Below are positions 49,201 to 58,132 of a stretch of 64,000 bases of DNA, piece by piece. The notes below the pieces were generated by a model that had not been told where the DNA came from, searched no databases, and was given only the letters and a program-made list of their open reading frames with translations. The stretch is from an uncultured virus (IMG/VR IMGVR_UViG_3300042564_007246) (taxonomy: Duplodnaviria; Heunggongvirae; Uroviricota; Caudoviricetes). Position 1 is the stretch's first letter, and every line of letters begins with the position of its first letter. The translations under genes and the position numbers were made by a program. The stretch is taken from IMG/VR virus record IMGVR_UViG_3300042564_007246; one strand, given 5' to 3'.

Positions 49201-50447
49201 TGTTGAGTTTGACCTTGATTTAATGGTTGTGGTCTTTGACCAGAACCAACATCAACACCATCATCAATCATGTCTTGCATAGTTGCCTGTAAATCAGACA
49301 TAGCTTTAGTTACTTTTTGAACATGCGTGAGGTCAATATTGTCTTTTCTTGCAAACATGTTCATCACAGCAACTTCTAAGAAGTTTAATGCAAGGTTGAT
49401 CATATCCAAGATGTTTAAACCACTTCTTGGATCAATACCCAAAGCATTCAAAATTGCAGCCACTGTAGAGTTTTGACTTGCTCCTGGACCTGCTAAAAGT
49501 TGACCACCAACCAAGTTGCCTGGCGATTGTGCCAATTTCAATGCAGTGTTTGTCGCAGACATTGCCGATCTTAAGAAATTGTCGTATTCAGATCTTAATT
49601 CTGGATTTACTGGAGCACCTTGATGAGCTAAAACAATACTTGATTTGATTTGTTCAGCTTTCTTTTCAAGATTTTCTGCTTGATTTAAAACATCATCAAC
49701 ATCATAAATTTCTTGAATTTCACAAGCTTCAAAAGCACCATCGCCTACACAAGAAAGCTCTATAAACTTTAAATTGTAGTTTTCTTCGTAAACTTTTTTG
49801 CCTGTAGTTGGATGGGTTTTACCCTTGTGTTTTTTTAAGCATTCACAATAATCTTTGACATCGTATGCTTTGTTGCCACATTTTGAGCATGTTCCGTAAT
49901 CAACAGAACATCCCATAGACACATCGTGAATGATTCCAGTTCTGATATTTCTAGCAATATCAGGATATGCTTCTTCATCTACGAAGAAGGTACAATATAC
50001 ACAATTTTCTTTATCATCCCACTCTGCATAAACTACCATCCCTTTGGCTTGTTCAATGTCATCGTTTTTGTGATTTGTATAAATTGGAACCCCTTCAAAT
50101 GTCTTATATGCAGGTAACTTTTTTCCTTGAATATCTCTTTCTTTTAAAAGTTCTTCTTTAGAAAAATAATCTCCATTTGCATTGCAAATGTCTGCATCTA
50201 TAGCTCTAGCTCTGACCCAAAGAAGTTTAGCGCCCTGACGAGCTTTCATTTCTTTGACAATATCAAAGTCTTTATATTTTTCTAAAACATCTTTGGGATC
50301 TGCATATAAAGATTGCAAACCAATTTTTGCAGCCTCTCTCATTTGTGATGAGGCTGTCCTAAGCATATGCTCTCTGGCTATATTTCTATCTTGTTCATTT
50401 AAGAAACTATCAATTGTGATAGCTCCGCCTTTTGCAATCCTATACAT
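46263..50447 (-). CDS. Prohead protease-like polyprotein (N-terminal protease domain, scaffold-like body, C-terminal Zn ribbons)
   Basis: NANGDYF...YTNH...AKG...HDVSMGC...CSKC...FIELSCV..GA, i.e. His/Ser motifs of HK97/herpes-clan maturation proteases. Follows the portal gene. C-terminal CPVC/CQAC/CPKC/CYDC. Confidence 0.75.
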   Translation of the reverse strand: MYRIAKGGAITIDSFLNEQDRNIAREHMLRTASSQMREAAKIGLQSLYADPKDVLEKYKDFDIVKEMKARQGAKLLWVRARAIDADICNANGDYFSKEELLKERDIQGKKLPAYKTFEGVPIYTNHKNDDIEQAKGMVVYAEWDDKENCVYCTFFVDEEAYPDIARNIRTGIIHDVSMGCSVDYGTCSKCGNKAYDVKDYCECLKKHKGKTHPTTGKKVYEENYNLKFIELSCVGDGAFEACEIQEIYDVDDVLNQAENLEKKAEQIKSSIVLAHQGAPVNPELRSEYDNFLRSAMSATNTALKLAQSPGNLVGGQLLAGPGASQNSTVAAILNALGIDPRSGLNILDMINLALNFLEVAVMNMFARKDNIDLTHVQKVTKAMSDLQATMQDMIDDGVDVGSGQRPQPLNQGQTQQAVQQAPQAAAPVGLANYSPMGNVGRVMDLSLPQETSPVGGGVALASSDLHFVWASNDGSREVFASNGYKTPEKTNKVLSFSQSLLELKNSIGYSRDVQSSIESVIRVANERNKNIKNNTPKNNGAEGRNEMDHFAKIASEQRKKLAAAVTIDFKVEDAAGNKVVLSTDGSITGFTNGKRNSWEPILTESQLNMMENGQGTKVAAELLNQYSGFVRTALLDVKERLESRQEQLEEVRTGETYDNLQDGVKSKNTGVMNKVREELLESKQTGKGAEDVKEILLGEAGLYAHRVKDSEVMKTLTELVAEVAKGVPTEVIEKRLSESRTEGSASAHEIMSATINALGRSVVSAMETPDKIIKVAQMLAEEPMLPEMIGTSAAGSEMRADEADNADFFSKDVEPDNSVAAILKQLGDAVTSTITAKDLADAIAVVAEDSAITKEGIMNIIGSLMMDVSVPSEGLDVEAPSSKTEELKSALQSAVDKDEKLPSKEAIKSVISAGAMASEETGTTPSEVIDSMQSMPEKQMIAAITRAKTASSTDARLRSRERRDFWGVRTASADNIDNNVIGWLADYSTNFDIPTKSIVVAAKRLVEDYDLAEKLLTKAIQIKRSSERTAGIQVTQDKSECLRFVCTKDDLEGVNPSDDAFEETFKQKAISVLQEHGFTVDPNTFSFTDLIVTANGDVTATVSTRSTKSFDVSNGSDSMMSEHDAGHESVGEITEEPVVVMTASAKASREAKRNQILLKYAQVPGMTPAAPPAGPVDPNLGQPAPDASAVPGGDLGISAMTGGDEMNASDPNDQISEPGAIKPWGSVCPVCGSDDVNISESNADCQACGTTYKVLQSIELVSMGSNGKGAEELPDLGMGEDMGLGAATAPTEVPPAPPMGAPGAMAPMASYKAMYRLAATVDSDVYLRTAMPDFDKTTEKRLPIGMICPKCGNREAHKVKNNTFCYDCGNYSKTVVSQNKKNPSKLDVNITWID

Positions 50448-50484
50448 AAAATTTCCTCTTTTATGCTCAAACTAATTCCTTTAG

Positions 50485-50509
50485 TTCTACCTAAATAATG
50501 TTTTTACCT
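50485..50509 (-). promoter_or_regulatory. Putative late promoter AGGT-N16-TAGAA
   Basis: CAGGTAAAAACATTATTTAGGTAGAA upstream of the protease gene. Confidence 0.6.
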
Positions 50510-50517
50510 GTAAAAAT

Positions 50518-50543
50518 TAAACCCGTCGAAATCGACGGGTTTA
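50518..50543 (-). terminator. Intrinsic terminator after the portal gene
   Basis: TAAACCCGTCG-aaat-CGACGGGTTTA hairpin followed by a T-rich tract on the minus strand. Confidence 0.75.
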
Positions 50544-50571
50544 GGAAAATAACTCCAAACAATAAAATTAT

Positions 50572-52872
50572 TTATAAAACAATTTGCCCATTAGGTTGAA
50601 AATTTGATCTTTTCTTTATAGCATTTACAATAACATTTATACAATCTTGTGGATGATCATTTAATTCTTTATCTGTAAATCTGACAATAATCCAACCATG
50701 AGATGCCAAGTCGGTGTCTCTTCTTTTATCTCTTGCTATTTTTTCTGGGTTATTGTGCCAAATTTCACCATCTGCTTCAACACCTATTCTCAAAGCTGGG
50801 ATTGCAGCATCAAGTTGAAAATCTTGTGTGTTTCCAGCTGAATATTGTGCATACAATGGATATGGCATATTGATTGACATCAACATTCCATAAAGTTTTT
50901 TCTCTAATGATGTAAACAACTGTGGATTGTTTGTCTGCATTTTCTTTTTAGCAGCAGTTCTAATGTTTTCATCTTCATCAACAGAAAATCTATTAAGTTC
51001 AATTTTAGCTTCATGATTTAACGGGCTAGAAGTGTCTCCGCCAAAGAAAGGCGTATACATATTTCCATACAACCCATCATATTCATCAGGTAGTCTTCCC
51101 AAGTAGCCTCTGCCATTTACAGGAACTAAAGACTTGATAAACCCTTCATGCGCAGCAGATTTATATCTTTTGCTAGCTAAACGTTTAGTTGTTCCATCAA
51201 AATGAATTTGCATTTTTTCATCAACAATTTCATTAATCATCGAAGATGCTAATCTATAGTTTTCATCTCTTGAATTAGCAAGTGGTGGCGCTAATCCTGG
51301 TGCGCCCATTCCTGACATATCAGGAGCTTGCTGTGCTCCAAAACCTTGACCTGAAACTGGACCTGATTGAATGTTCATGCTGAATTCAGGAACACCATAA
51401 TTTGGATCCTTCATGAATGTTGCACCTTGTTCAAATCTCAATCTTTCAATTTCTTGATCGACATCTAAACCGAATGCTTCAATTAATGAAACATTTGAAA
51501 CTACTCCATTTTGGTTGGCTGTTACAAGTGTTTGAAGTTTATTAGTTTCATCTCTTAATTCCAAAGAATTGAATTTGATTTTAGGATAAATGATTTCGTC
51601 TTGTCCTCTTTCGCCTTCAACTACAAATCCATTCCACTGAGAAACTGGCTTAAATATTTTTTGTTCTATCCAGTTAGCAACTTCATGTCTCCAAGTTTCA
51701 ATTCTTTGCTCCATTGCAAGAAGACCAACTTGACCAGCTGAGTATGCAGGACCTTCTCCAGTTAATAACACTTTACTAAGCATCATTCCATCTAGAAGTT
51801 CATTTTCGATTAATTCAAATTGATTGGAGATATCATAAATTTTTCCACTAGCTCCATACCATTCTAAATCAAAGTTATGGTGAGTAACAAGTGTAAGGTT
51901 AGGGTCATTTGCCAAAGATGACAATTCATCTTGAACGCTATCAATATCTTCTTGAGATGCAGGACGAGTATCAGAGCCTATTTTGACAACCTTAACAGGA
52001 ATGATTAATCTTTCAGCAATTATATATTGAGCCTGTCTAAGTTTATCTTTGTAAGTTAATGTTTGAAACAATGGTCTTACAATAGATGTGCCATAATCTT
52101 CCCAAGGATTAGAGCCATATTTAAAATGATGAATTGATATTGGGTTTAATTTGATTGGTTCACCCTTTTGTATCAATCTCTTTACACCATCAGGGATATT
52201 TTCATATACTTCTTTTGGGCTACGTTCTGTGACAATTCTTACTTCTTCTGCAGATGGTCTGTAAGAATATGATCCATGTTGATCAATCATCCCTGGAGAT
52301 TTTAAAACACTGTCAGGATTTAGGATAGAACATGATTTCCAAGTGGCTCCGTCATGTTGACATTCTTCGCCTTTTTCATTGTCCCAGTTTGATCCAAAAC
52401 AATGAGGGCAATCAATTGACATTAATACGAATGCATCACCCAATAAATAATAGACTTTGGAAATCTCCGGGAGCCATTTTTGGAAATTTAAAACTTCAAT
52501 TAATTTTTCAAAATAGTCTTTTACATAAGTGGAAGAACACTCAAGTTTCCATCCTGAAAATGGATAAGTAGCATAAAAATTTATTCCAGCAGCAACTTTA
52601 GGTTCATTATTTTTCCACCAGTTTGCCCAAAGATATACTTCACGTCGAGCATTTGGAATCTGAAAAGATGAAGGAGTTAAGAACGGTGAATAAAAGTTAG
52701 GAGAAGTGGTTACTGAATTTACAGATGCTTGCCTTACATTAGGACCTGGACCTTGAGAAACTCTGCTAGTGGCATGATTTCTTTTTTCAGTAACATCACT
52801 TATTGTTGTTTCACCAATTACTGATTTTGCTGATGATTTGATAGCAGCTGCCAATGAAAGTCTATTTGCCAT
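50572..52872 (-). CDS. Portal protein with C-terminal DUF559/Vsr-like nuclease domain
   Basis: Portal pattern EPKVAAGINFY..YP...YYLLGDAF...ILNPD...IHHFK...WEDYGTSIV...L.GEG..Y. C-terminal FQLDAA...GVEADGEIWH...RDKRRD..L...GW.IVRF. Confidence 0.85.
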   Translation of the reverse strand: MANRLSLAAAIKSSAKSVIGETTISDVTEKRNHATSRVSQGPGPNVRQASVNSVTTSPNFYSPFLTPSSFQIPNARREVYLWANWWKNNEPKVAAGINFYATYPFSGWKLECSSTYVKDYFEKLIEVLNFQKWLPEISKVYYLLGDAFVLMSIDCPHCFGSNWDNEKGEECQHDGATWKSCSILNPDSVLKSPGMIDQHGSYSYRPSAEEVRIVTERSPKEVYENIPDGVKRLIQKGEPIKLNPISIHHFKYGSNPWEDYGTSIVRPLFQTLTYKDKLRQAQYIIAERLIIPVKVVKIGSDTRPASQEDIDSVQDELSSLANDPNLTLVTHHNFDLEWYGASGKIYDISNQFELIENELLDGMMLSKVLLTGEGPAYSAGQVGLLAMEQRIETWRHEVANWIEQKIFKPVSQWNGFVVEGERGQDEIIYPKIKFNSLELRDETNKLQTLVTANQNGVVSNVSLIEAFGLDVDQEIERLRFEQGATFMKDPNYGVPEFSMNIQSGPVSGQGFGAQQAPDMSGMGAPGLAPPLANSRDENYRLASSMINEIVDEKMQIHFDGTTKRLASKRYKSAAHEGFIKSLVPVNGRGYLGRLPDEYDGLYGNMYTPFFGGDTSSPLNHEAKIELNRFSVDEDENIRTAAKKKMQTNNPQLFTSLEKKLYGMLMSINMPYPLYAQYSAGNTQDFQLDAAIPALRIGVEADGEIWHNNPEKIARDKRRDTDLASHGWIIVRFTDKELNDHPQDCINVIVNAIKKRSNFQPNGQIVL

Positions 52873-52880
52873 AACAAGTA

Positions 52881-53282
52881 TTATACCAGAGTTTTATTAG
52901 ACGGTAAATTGTCATAAAAAACTGAAGGATCGCCTTTACCAGAATTGTACTGTATGGTTCCTTCACCATTTTTCATACTCATCCCGCCTTTGCCCTTTTC
53001 AACTTGCAACATGTTTATTGAGTCTTCTTCGTAATGTCTTCCATTTTCAAGTTGACTTTGCAAAGTTTGAAATCTAGGGTCATTAGCCTCTATATCAGAT
53101 TGTGGAACATCTTGAACAATTTTTTCGAATAATTGAGATTGATTTGTTTTGGAATCAATATAAAAGTCATCTAAAGATCTTCCTTGGTCTAAAAGAAACT
53201 TAATCATTTCTCCTGACATTTCAGGTTTTTGAGGATTTATTACTCCCCCGCCAATTCCATCTTTAGCAATTCTGTACCACAT
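52881..53282 (-). CDS. Hypothetical head-associated protein
   Basis: 133 aa, starts MWYRIAK. Confidence 0.75.
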   Translation of the reverse strand: MWYRIAKDGIGGGVINPQKPEMSGEMIKFLLDQGRSLDDFYIDSKTNQSQLFEKIVQDVPQSDIEANDPRFQTLQSQLENGRHYEEDSINMLQVEKGKGGMSMKNGEGTIQYNSGKGDPSVFYDNLPSNKTLV

Positions 53283-53283
53283 A

Positions 53284-54906
53284 TTAATACTCTAAATTAC
53301 TTTTTCGTTTATCTTCTAATAAGGTATCTATGCCAGCATCTTTTAACTTATTGACAAAATCTTCTAATTCTTCTTCAGAATAAAGATCATAATAATCTTC
53401 TTCTTCTAAAAGTGCTTCAATTGAAGCATCAATATCTTTGTCATTCTTGATAGTTCTTCTATCTTCTAATTGTTCGTTTTTTGGCTTGATATCTTTAGGA
53501 TTATTGCGTGATTCTTCTAATTTTTCATCTAGTTTGACATCTTTTTTAGCTGTTTTATTTAAAAGATGTGAGATTGAATCTTCAGAACCATCTCCTGCCT
53601 CATCATTGATTTCTTTCTTGATGTCAATAGCATTTGAAGAAAAATCATTTAATTGTTTAGCAAAAGACTCATCCATTTCATCTTTGTGAGAATATAATGA
53701 ATCTTTCCCAAGCTGTTCTTGTCTTGTCTTCATTAATTCATCACCAGATGTGTGTAATTTTTCAATCAATTCATTTAAAAAATCTTTTTTAGGCTCATTG
53801 GTTCTTGGCAATTGATTTTCAATTGTTTTATCAGTAATTGATTGAGCTTTCTTCACTGTCTTTTCAACATTTCTGTGACCTGAAGATTCTAATCTCTTTT
53901 CAATAGATTCTTCTGGAAGTGAATCTCTTTTATAACCTTTTTGATTTTTTTCAAATCTTGTTTCAAAAGGTATTTCACCTTCTGTTAATTTCTTAGATCT
54001 TTCGCCTTCGTTGAGTTCAAGAGCATTCGCTTCATTGTCAGGATGCTTGTGAACATTCAATCTTGCCATGACTTGTTCTTGTGGCTGGAATGATACTTTC
54101 AACCATGCTTCATATGCACAAGATACAGTGCCATCTTTTGCTAATCTTGAGTCAATACAATGATCTCTACATTTGCTGACTTCCATTGGAACAGCGCTTT
54201 TGTATCCTTGAAATATGCCTTTAGGGCATAATAAATAAGGTTCATTGAATTGAGTTTGTAAAGTTGTATATGCAACTCTTACATTTGAAGAAGGTGTAAT
54301 TGATTCAAATTGATTTCTGATAATTGCAATAGCTTTTGAATAATTGAATGAATCACCTTTTAAGACATGATTTCTTGCTGTTTTGATCATTGAGGAATTA
54401 TTAGATTCTACAACCTTAAGTAATTCATCAAGAGTTTCTAATGCATCTAATTGCCAAGACCCTCTAGATTTATCTTCTAGTTTGTATGCAACTTTTTCAA
54501 ATTTGATAGCTTCAGAATCATGTCCTGCTGCATTTTGCAATGAATTGTATGCATGTCTAAGTAATGCACATACTTGTGAATTTCTAATGTTCATAAGCTT
54601 GTTCAAATCCGAGGAGACTTTAATGATCGCTTCATTTGGTCTCAATTTTCTCATTTTATTAATTTTGCCTGGACCATCCATTTCAAAAAATGCTTTGACC
54701 AAAGCGTCATCAATATCAAAATCTTTTTCCATTAATTTTCCAAATATTGATTCGGATGGAATAAAACTTCTTTTTGATATATGTTCTTGAAGCGAAGCTA
54801 CTTCATCTTGTAGCAATTTGATCAAACCTTCTGCTCCAATTTTGCCCATTATTTTTTCAGCAACATCTGGGTTATGAGAATGCAATTTGATCTTATAGCT
54901 ATCCAT
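53284..54906 (-). CDS. Hypothetical head-associated protein with a Cys cluster and ExxL repeats
   Basis: 540 aa. LCPKG...CRDHC...CAYEAW cluster; repeated xxExxL in the C-terminal half. Confidence 0.8.
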   Translation of the reverse strand: MDSYKIKLHSHNPDVAEKIMGKIGAEGLIKLLQDEVASLQEHISKRSFIPSESIFGKLMEKDFDIDDALVKAFFEMDGPGKINKMRKLRPNEAIIKVSSDLNKLMNIRNSQVCALLRHAYNSLQNAAGHDSEAIKFEKVAYKLEDKSRGSWQLDALETLDELLKVVESNNSSMIKTARNHVLKGDSFNYSKAIAIIRNQFESITPSSNVRVAYTTLQTQFNEPYLLCPKGIFQGYKSAVPMEVSKCRDHCIDSRLAKDGTVSCAYEAWLKVSFQPQEQVMARLNVHKHPDNEANALELNEGERSKKLTEGEIPFETRFEKNQKGYKRDSLPEESIEKRLESSGHRNVEKTVKKAQSITDKTIENQLPRTNEPKKDFLNELIEKLHTSGDELMKTRQEQLGKDSLYSHKDEMDESFAKQLNDFSSNAIDIKKEINDEAGDGSEDSISHLLNKTAKKDVKLDEKLEESRNNPKDIKPKNEQLEDRRTIKNDKDIDASIEALLEEEDYYDLYSEEELEDFVNKLKDAGIDTLLEDKRKSNLEY

Positions 54907-54907
54907 T

Positions 54908-55861
54908 TTAATTTCCTAAGCCTAAATTTTCTAATTCTTCTTTATCGAAGCCTCTATCAGTTAAAGCTTTTTTGATAGCAGATAGTTTTTGAGCAACACC
55001 CTTTTTGCTAACAGGATCTTTAAAGTCACCTTGTTTAGTATTTTTATCAACAACAAGTAAATCTGAGAGATACATTGTTCTCATTATCAATTCTGCTGTA
55101 GAAGACTTTGAATAATCTGGTTCAGCATCATAATCTAAACCTGCTGTGCGAATAATATTTTCGGTCTCAGCATGCTTTTCAAGCTCGTTCTCAATCTTAT
55201 CTTTGATATTTTTTTGTTCTTTGATAGATTTTTCTTTTTTAGTATCACGATTTTTTTTCTTATTATAATCACGAACAATATCAACAGCTCTTTCAACTGT
55301 TTCATTGTTCCAATACTTAAGTTTTGCTAAAAAGCGAACAATATCATTTTTCTCAACACCATGATCTAAAAGTTTACCAACTTTACCCATCAAAACTCTG
55401 AATGGGTTACCTCTGGTTTTCTTTTTGGGTTTTATTGCTTGTTGAGCTGTTCTATTGTTGTACACGGCATTGCCTTTCACAAGTTTATTAACTTCTTCTT
55501 TGTATTTTTTTGCTAATTCAATTGGTGTAGGATCTCTCTGATTTAAATTGTCAGGATTTCTTGTTAATTTTCTTTTATCACCATTTAAATTTGAAGAATT
55601 TAAAATTTTTATAAGTTTTTCTCTTACCTCTGGTCTAGTGGATTCTGAAATTGCATTTTCAATTTCTGCACTTAAACCAATTGACATTGATTCATTAATT
55701 ATTTTATCCATTAATGAATTAAATTTCTTCAATGTCAAACCCTGTTCTTGTTGTCCCTGTTGTTGTCCATTAAGGGGCATATTTGTAGCACCCACAGCAT
55801 CAGAGGTACTTGGAGTAGAGCCTGGTGGTGGTCCAGATGGTACTTGTGAAATCTTATTCAT
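54908..55861 (-). CDS. Hypothetical head-associated basic protein
   Basis: 317 aa; KKKTRGNPFRVLMGKVGKLL segment. Confidence 0.8.
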   Translation of the reverse strand: MNKISQVPSGPPPGSTPSTSDAVGATNMPLNGQQQGQQEQGLTLKKFNSLMDKIINESMSIGLSAEIENAISESTRPEVREKLIKILNSSNLNGDKRKLTRNPDNLNQRDPTPIELAKKYKEEVNKLVKGNAVYNNRTAQQAIKPKKKTRGNPFRVLMGKVGKLLDHGVEKNDIVRFLAKLKYWNNETVERAVDIVRDYNKKKNRDTKKEKSIKEQKNIKDKIENELEKHAETENIIRTAGLDYDAEPDYSKSSTAELIMRTMYLSDLLVVDKNTKQGDFKDPVSKKGVAQKLSAIKKALTDRGFDKEELENLGLGN

Positions 55862-56676
55862 TAGTCTAAATCGTCAAAATTCAAATCAATATTGTTATAA
55901 ATATCTCTTAAAGTTTTAGCTGGCTGCTGTGATTTTTGTTCGAAAGATCTACCAGTTGCAGATTTGATTTCATTTTTTTCTTCTCTGAGCTTTTGCTGTG
56001 AAGCAATTCTCATAGATTCTCTTTGATCAAGTTTATCGGAATCAATCATCCCAAATTGTGATGAATATTCTGTATCTGAAGAAGTTCTGAGGATGGAATG
56101 TGCTCTAGCATTAACAGTGTTTGATTTTCTGATAGTATTGATTGCTCTATCTTCCCAATCTTTGTGTCTGGATGCTTTAGCTTCTCTTGAAGCTTGAGTT
56201 TGTGCAACTACTTGTTCACTGGTGTTTTCTTGACTATTTAAGAATTCTTGGGATAATGCAATCATATCTGGATTGAAAATAGATGCAGAGCCTCTAAGCA
56301 TAGCATCCATGTATTCTTCTGAAGAGAATGCTTGCAAACCACTTGTTGTAGTTCTTGCATTTAATCCCTCATCAACTCCATAATCAGATCTTCTGATTGA
56401 ACCAAAATCATTGTTCAATAAAGATTCTTCCATTGAAGAAGGTCTTAGATCTTCATACTTTGCTGCGCCAGAAATCTTTTCCCAGGACTTTTCAAGATTT
56501 GAAGCTTCTTTGCCCATACCCACTTGCTGTTTCGACATTTTAAATCTATTTTCGGTAGAATTTCTTTTTAAATCAGCATATGGATCTTCTTCAACGTCAA
56601 CTTGTGCACCGACAAATTTGTTTTGAATGAAAGATGGTATATTGTCTATTTCTGATACTTTTCTAAATTTGCTCAT
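55861..56676 (-). CDS. Hypothetical head-associated protein
   Basis: 271 aa, AGGA RBS, TAATG coupling to the next gene. Confidence 0.8.
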   Translation of the reverse strand: MSKFRKVSEIDNIPSFIQNKFVGAQVDVEEDPYADLKRNSTENRFKMSKQQVGMGKEASNLEKSWEKISGAAKYEDLRPSSMEESLLNNDFGSIRRSDYGVDEGLNARTTTSGLQAFSSEEYMDAMLRGSASIFNPDMIALSQEFLNSQENTSEQVVAQTQASREAKASRHKDWEDRAINTIRKSNTVNARAHSILRTSSDTEYSSQFGMIDSDKLDQRESMRIASQQKLREEKNEIKSATGRSFEQKSQQPAKTLRDIYNNIDLNFDDLD

Positions 56677-56706
56677 GTTTATTTTCCTGGAATAATCTAC
56701 AAGACA

Positions 56707-56733
56707 ATCCCAGGAGGATAGAACTCCTGGGAT
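56707..56733 (-). terminator. Stem-loop (terminator or stability hairpin) after 56755..57672
   Basis: ATCCCAGGAG-N7-CTCCTGGGAT 10-bp stem with a weak U-tract. Confidence 0.55.
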
Positions 56734-56754
56734 GTTATTTCTTGAGGATTTTTT

Positions 56755-57672
56755 TTATGATTTCTTATCGTACTTCTTGGTAAACAAGGCTTCAATCCAA
56801 TCTTGATCGCCGTAACCAAGGTCATTCTTCCAATAATCAATCAATCTGCTGTAATCTGCATCTGAAAGAGTTGCTTCCTTGACCATAGATGCAACAGCTG
56901 TTTTCTTAACTGATGTTGCAAGGTTGGATGCCATTACATTTTTGATGTCTACAGTATTGTCTGCAACAGGAGCATTATTACCAAGCATTGCATCCACATA
57001 TTCTTGTGGAAAACCTTGAGCTAATGCTTTTGAAGCAAAGGCTTTTTTAGCATTAACTGGAAGATTAGTGATTGGTCTAAATCCAGATTCGGTATTTGTC
57101 TTTGCAGTCTTCACTTTTTGTGCAGCCTTTTCATCGTTTGCTACTTTAGTGACTAAAGATTCACGATATGCTTTTCTTTGAGCTAATTTTTGATTCTTTT
57201 CAGCTTCAGCTTTGACAATGGTCTCAACTTTGCTTGCTAATCTAACTCTTCTCTCATGTCTTGCAGCAAGGATTGCATTTTTAAGATCTTCATCGCCTGC
57301 AGCAATTGCAGCTTCTACTGCATCAGCTGAAAGCTGTGATGGATGGTTAAAAACAATACTTGAACTTAATTTGAGTTTCTTTTTCTCAGCTTCTGGTAAA
57401 GCATCTATGATATCCTGTACAGATGCATCTTTAGCATCTTTGACATCTTTTTTAGCATCTTTTTTATCATCATCATCTTGATCTTCAGATGCATTTTTAT
57501 TCTTTTGATCAAGATATTCTTGCAATCCAGGATTAAGTTTGCCTGATGTTTTACCAGCTTCTTTAACTTCAGCTAGTTTATTGTTGAAATTGTCCCAATT
57601 GATGCCTTGAAAAACCATCTCTGAATCAAGTGGATCTTCATTGACATGTGTAGGGAAGATTCTATCTGCCAT
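56755..57672 (-). CDS. Hypothetical Ala/Lys-rich head-associated protein
   Basis: GAGGAG RBS, own promoter and hairpin, many K-x-A motifs. Confidence 0.8.
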   Translation of the reverse strand: MADRIFPTHVNEDPLDSEMVFQGINWDNFNNKLAEVKEAGKTSGKLNPGLQEYLDQKNKNASEDQDDDDKKDAKKDVKDAKDASVQDIIDALPEAEKKKLKLSSSIVFNHPSQLSADAVEAAIAAGDEDLKNAILAARHERRVRLASKVETIVKAEAEKNQKLAQRKAYRESLVTKVANDEKAAQKVKTAKTNTESGFRPITNLPVNAKKAFASKALAQGFPQEYVDAMLGNNAPVADNTVDIKNVMASNLATSVKKTAVASMVKEATLSDADYSRLIDYWKNDLGYGDQDWIEALFTKKYDKKS

Positions 57673-57709
57673 AATTTTAATAACTCCTCAAGAAATTATA
57701 TTGTAAACC

Positions 57710-57734
57710 TTCTGAAATTTAATCTATCAAACCT
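57710..57734 (-). promoter_or_regulatory. Putative late promoter AGGT-N16-CAGAA
   Basis: Same spacing as 46195 and 50485; overlapped by a CTTCTGAA...TTCAGAAG inverted repeat. Confidence 0.5.
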
Positions 57735-57751
57735 TCAGAAGTTTTATTTCT

Positions 57752-58090
57752 CTATGTTTTTTTATCCAATATGAGTTTTTTGCCCTTCAAAATTAATTTG
57801 TCTCCAATATTAATTTTGAGTTTTTTGAATATGCCTTTATATGCTTCTACAACATATTTGACATCATCTGCGTCTGGAGCAACAAGTTTTGTGCTCTGTT
57901 TTTCTAAATCTTTAAAATCTAAAATTTCAAAATCATTATTTAGAAATGCCAAACTAAGAGAAAAATCTACATTATTATTCCAAAAAGAATGTTGACCTTT
58001 AGAAGGAAATGTAAAAAATACTACTTCCAATTCTTCTAAAGGTTCTGCAAACATCAATCCCTTAGTTCTTTTTTGATCGTTGTCAGCCAT
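57752..58090 (-). CDS. DUF192-family protein (possibly the C-terminal part of a read-through product)
   Basis: AD...RTKGLMF...FTF....HSFWNNNV.F.L.LAFL...YVVEA..G......I.IGD. Confidence 0.8.
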   Translation of the reverse strand: MADNDQKRTKGLMFAEPLEELEVVFFTFPSKGQHSFWNNNVDFSLSLAFLNNDFEILDFKDLEKQSTKLVAPDADDVKYVVEAYKGIFKKLKINIGDKLILKGKKLILDKKT

Positions 58091-58132
58091 AAACCTGATT
58101 TCGAATTCATCACGGAATTCACTACTAGAGAG

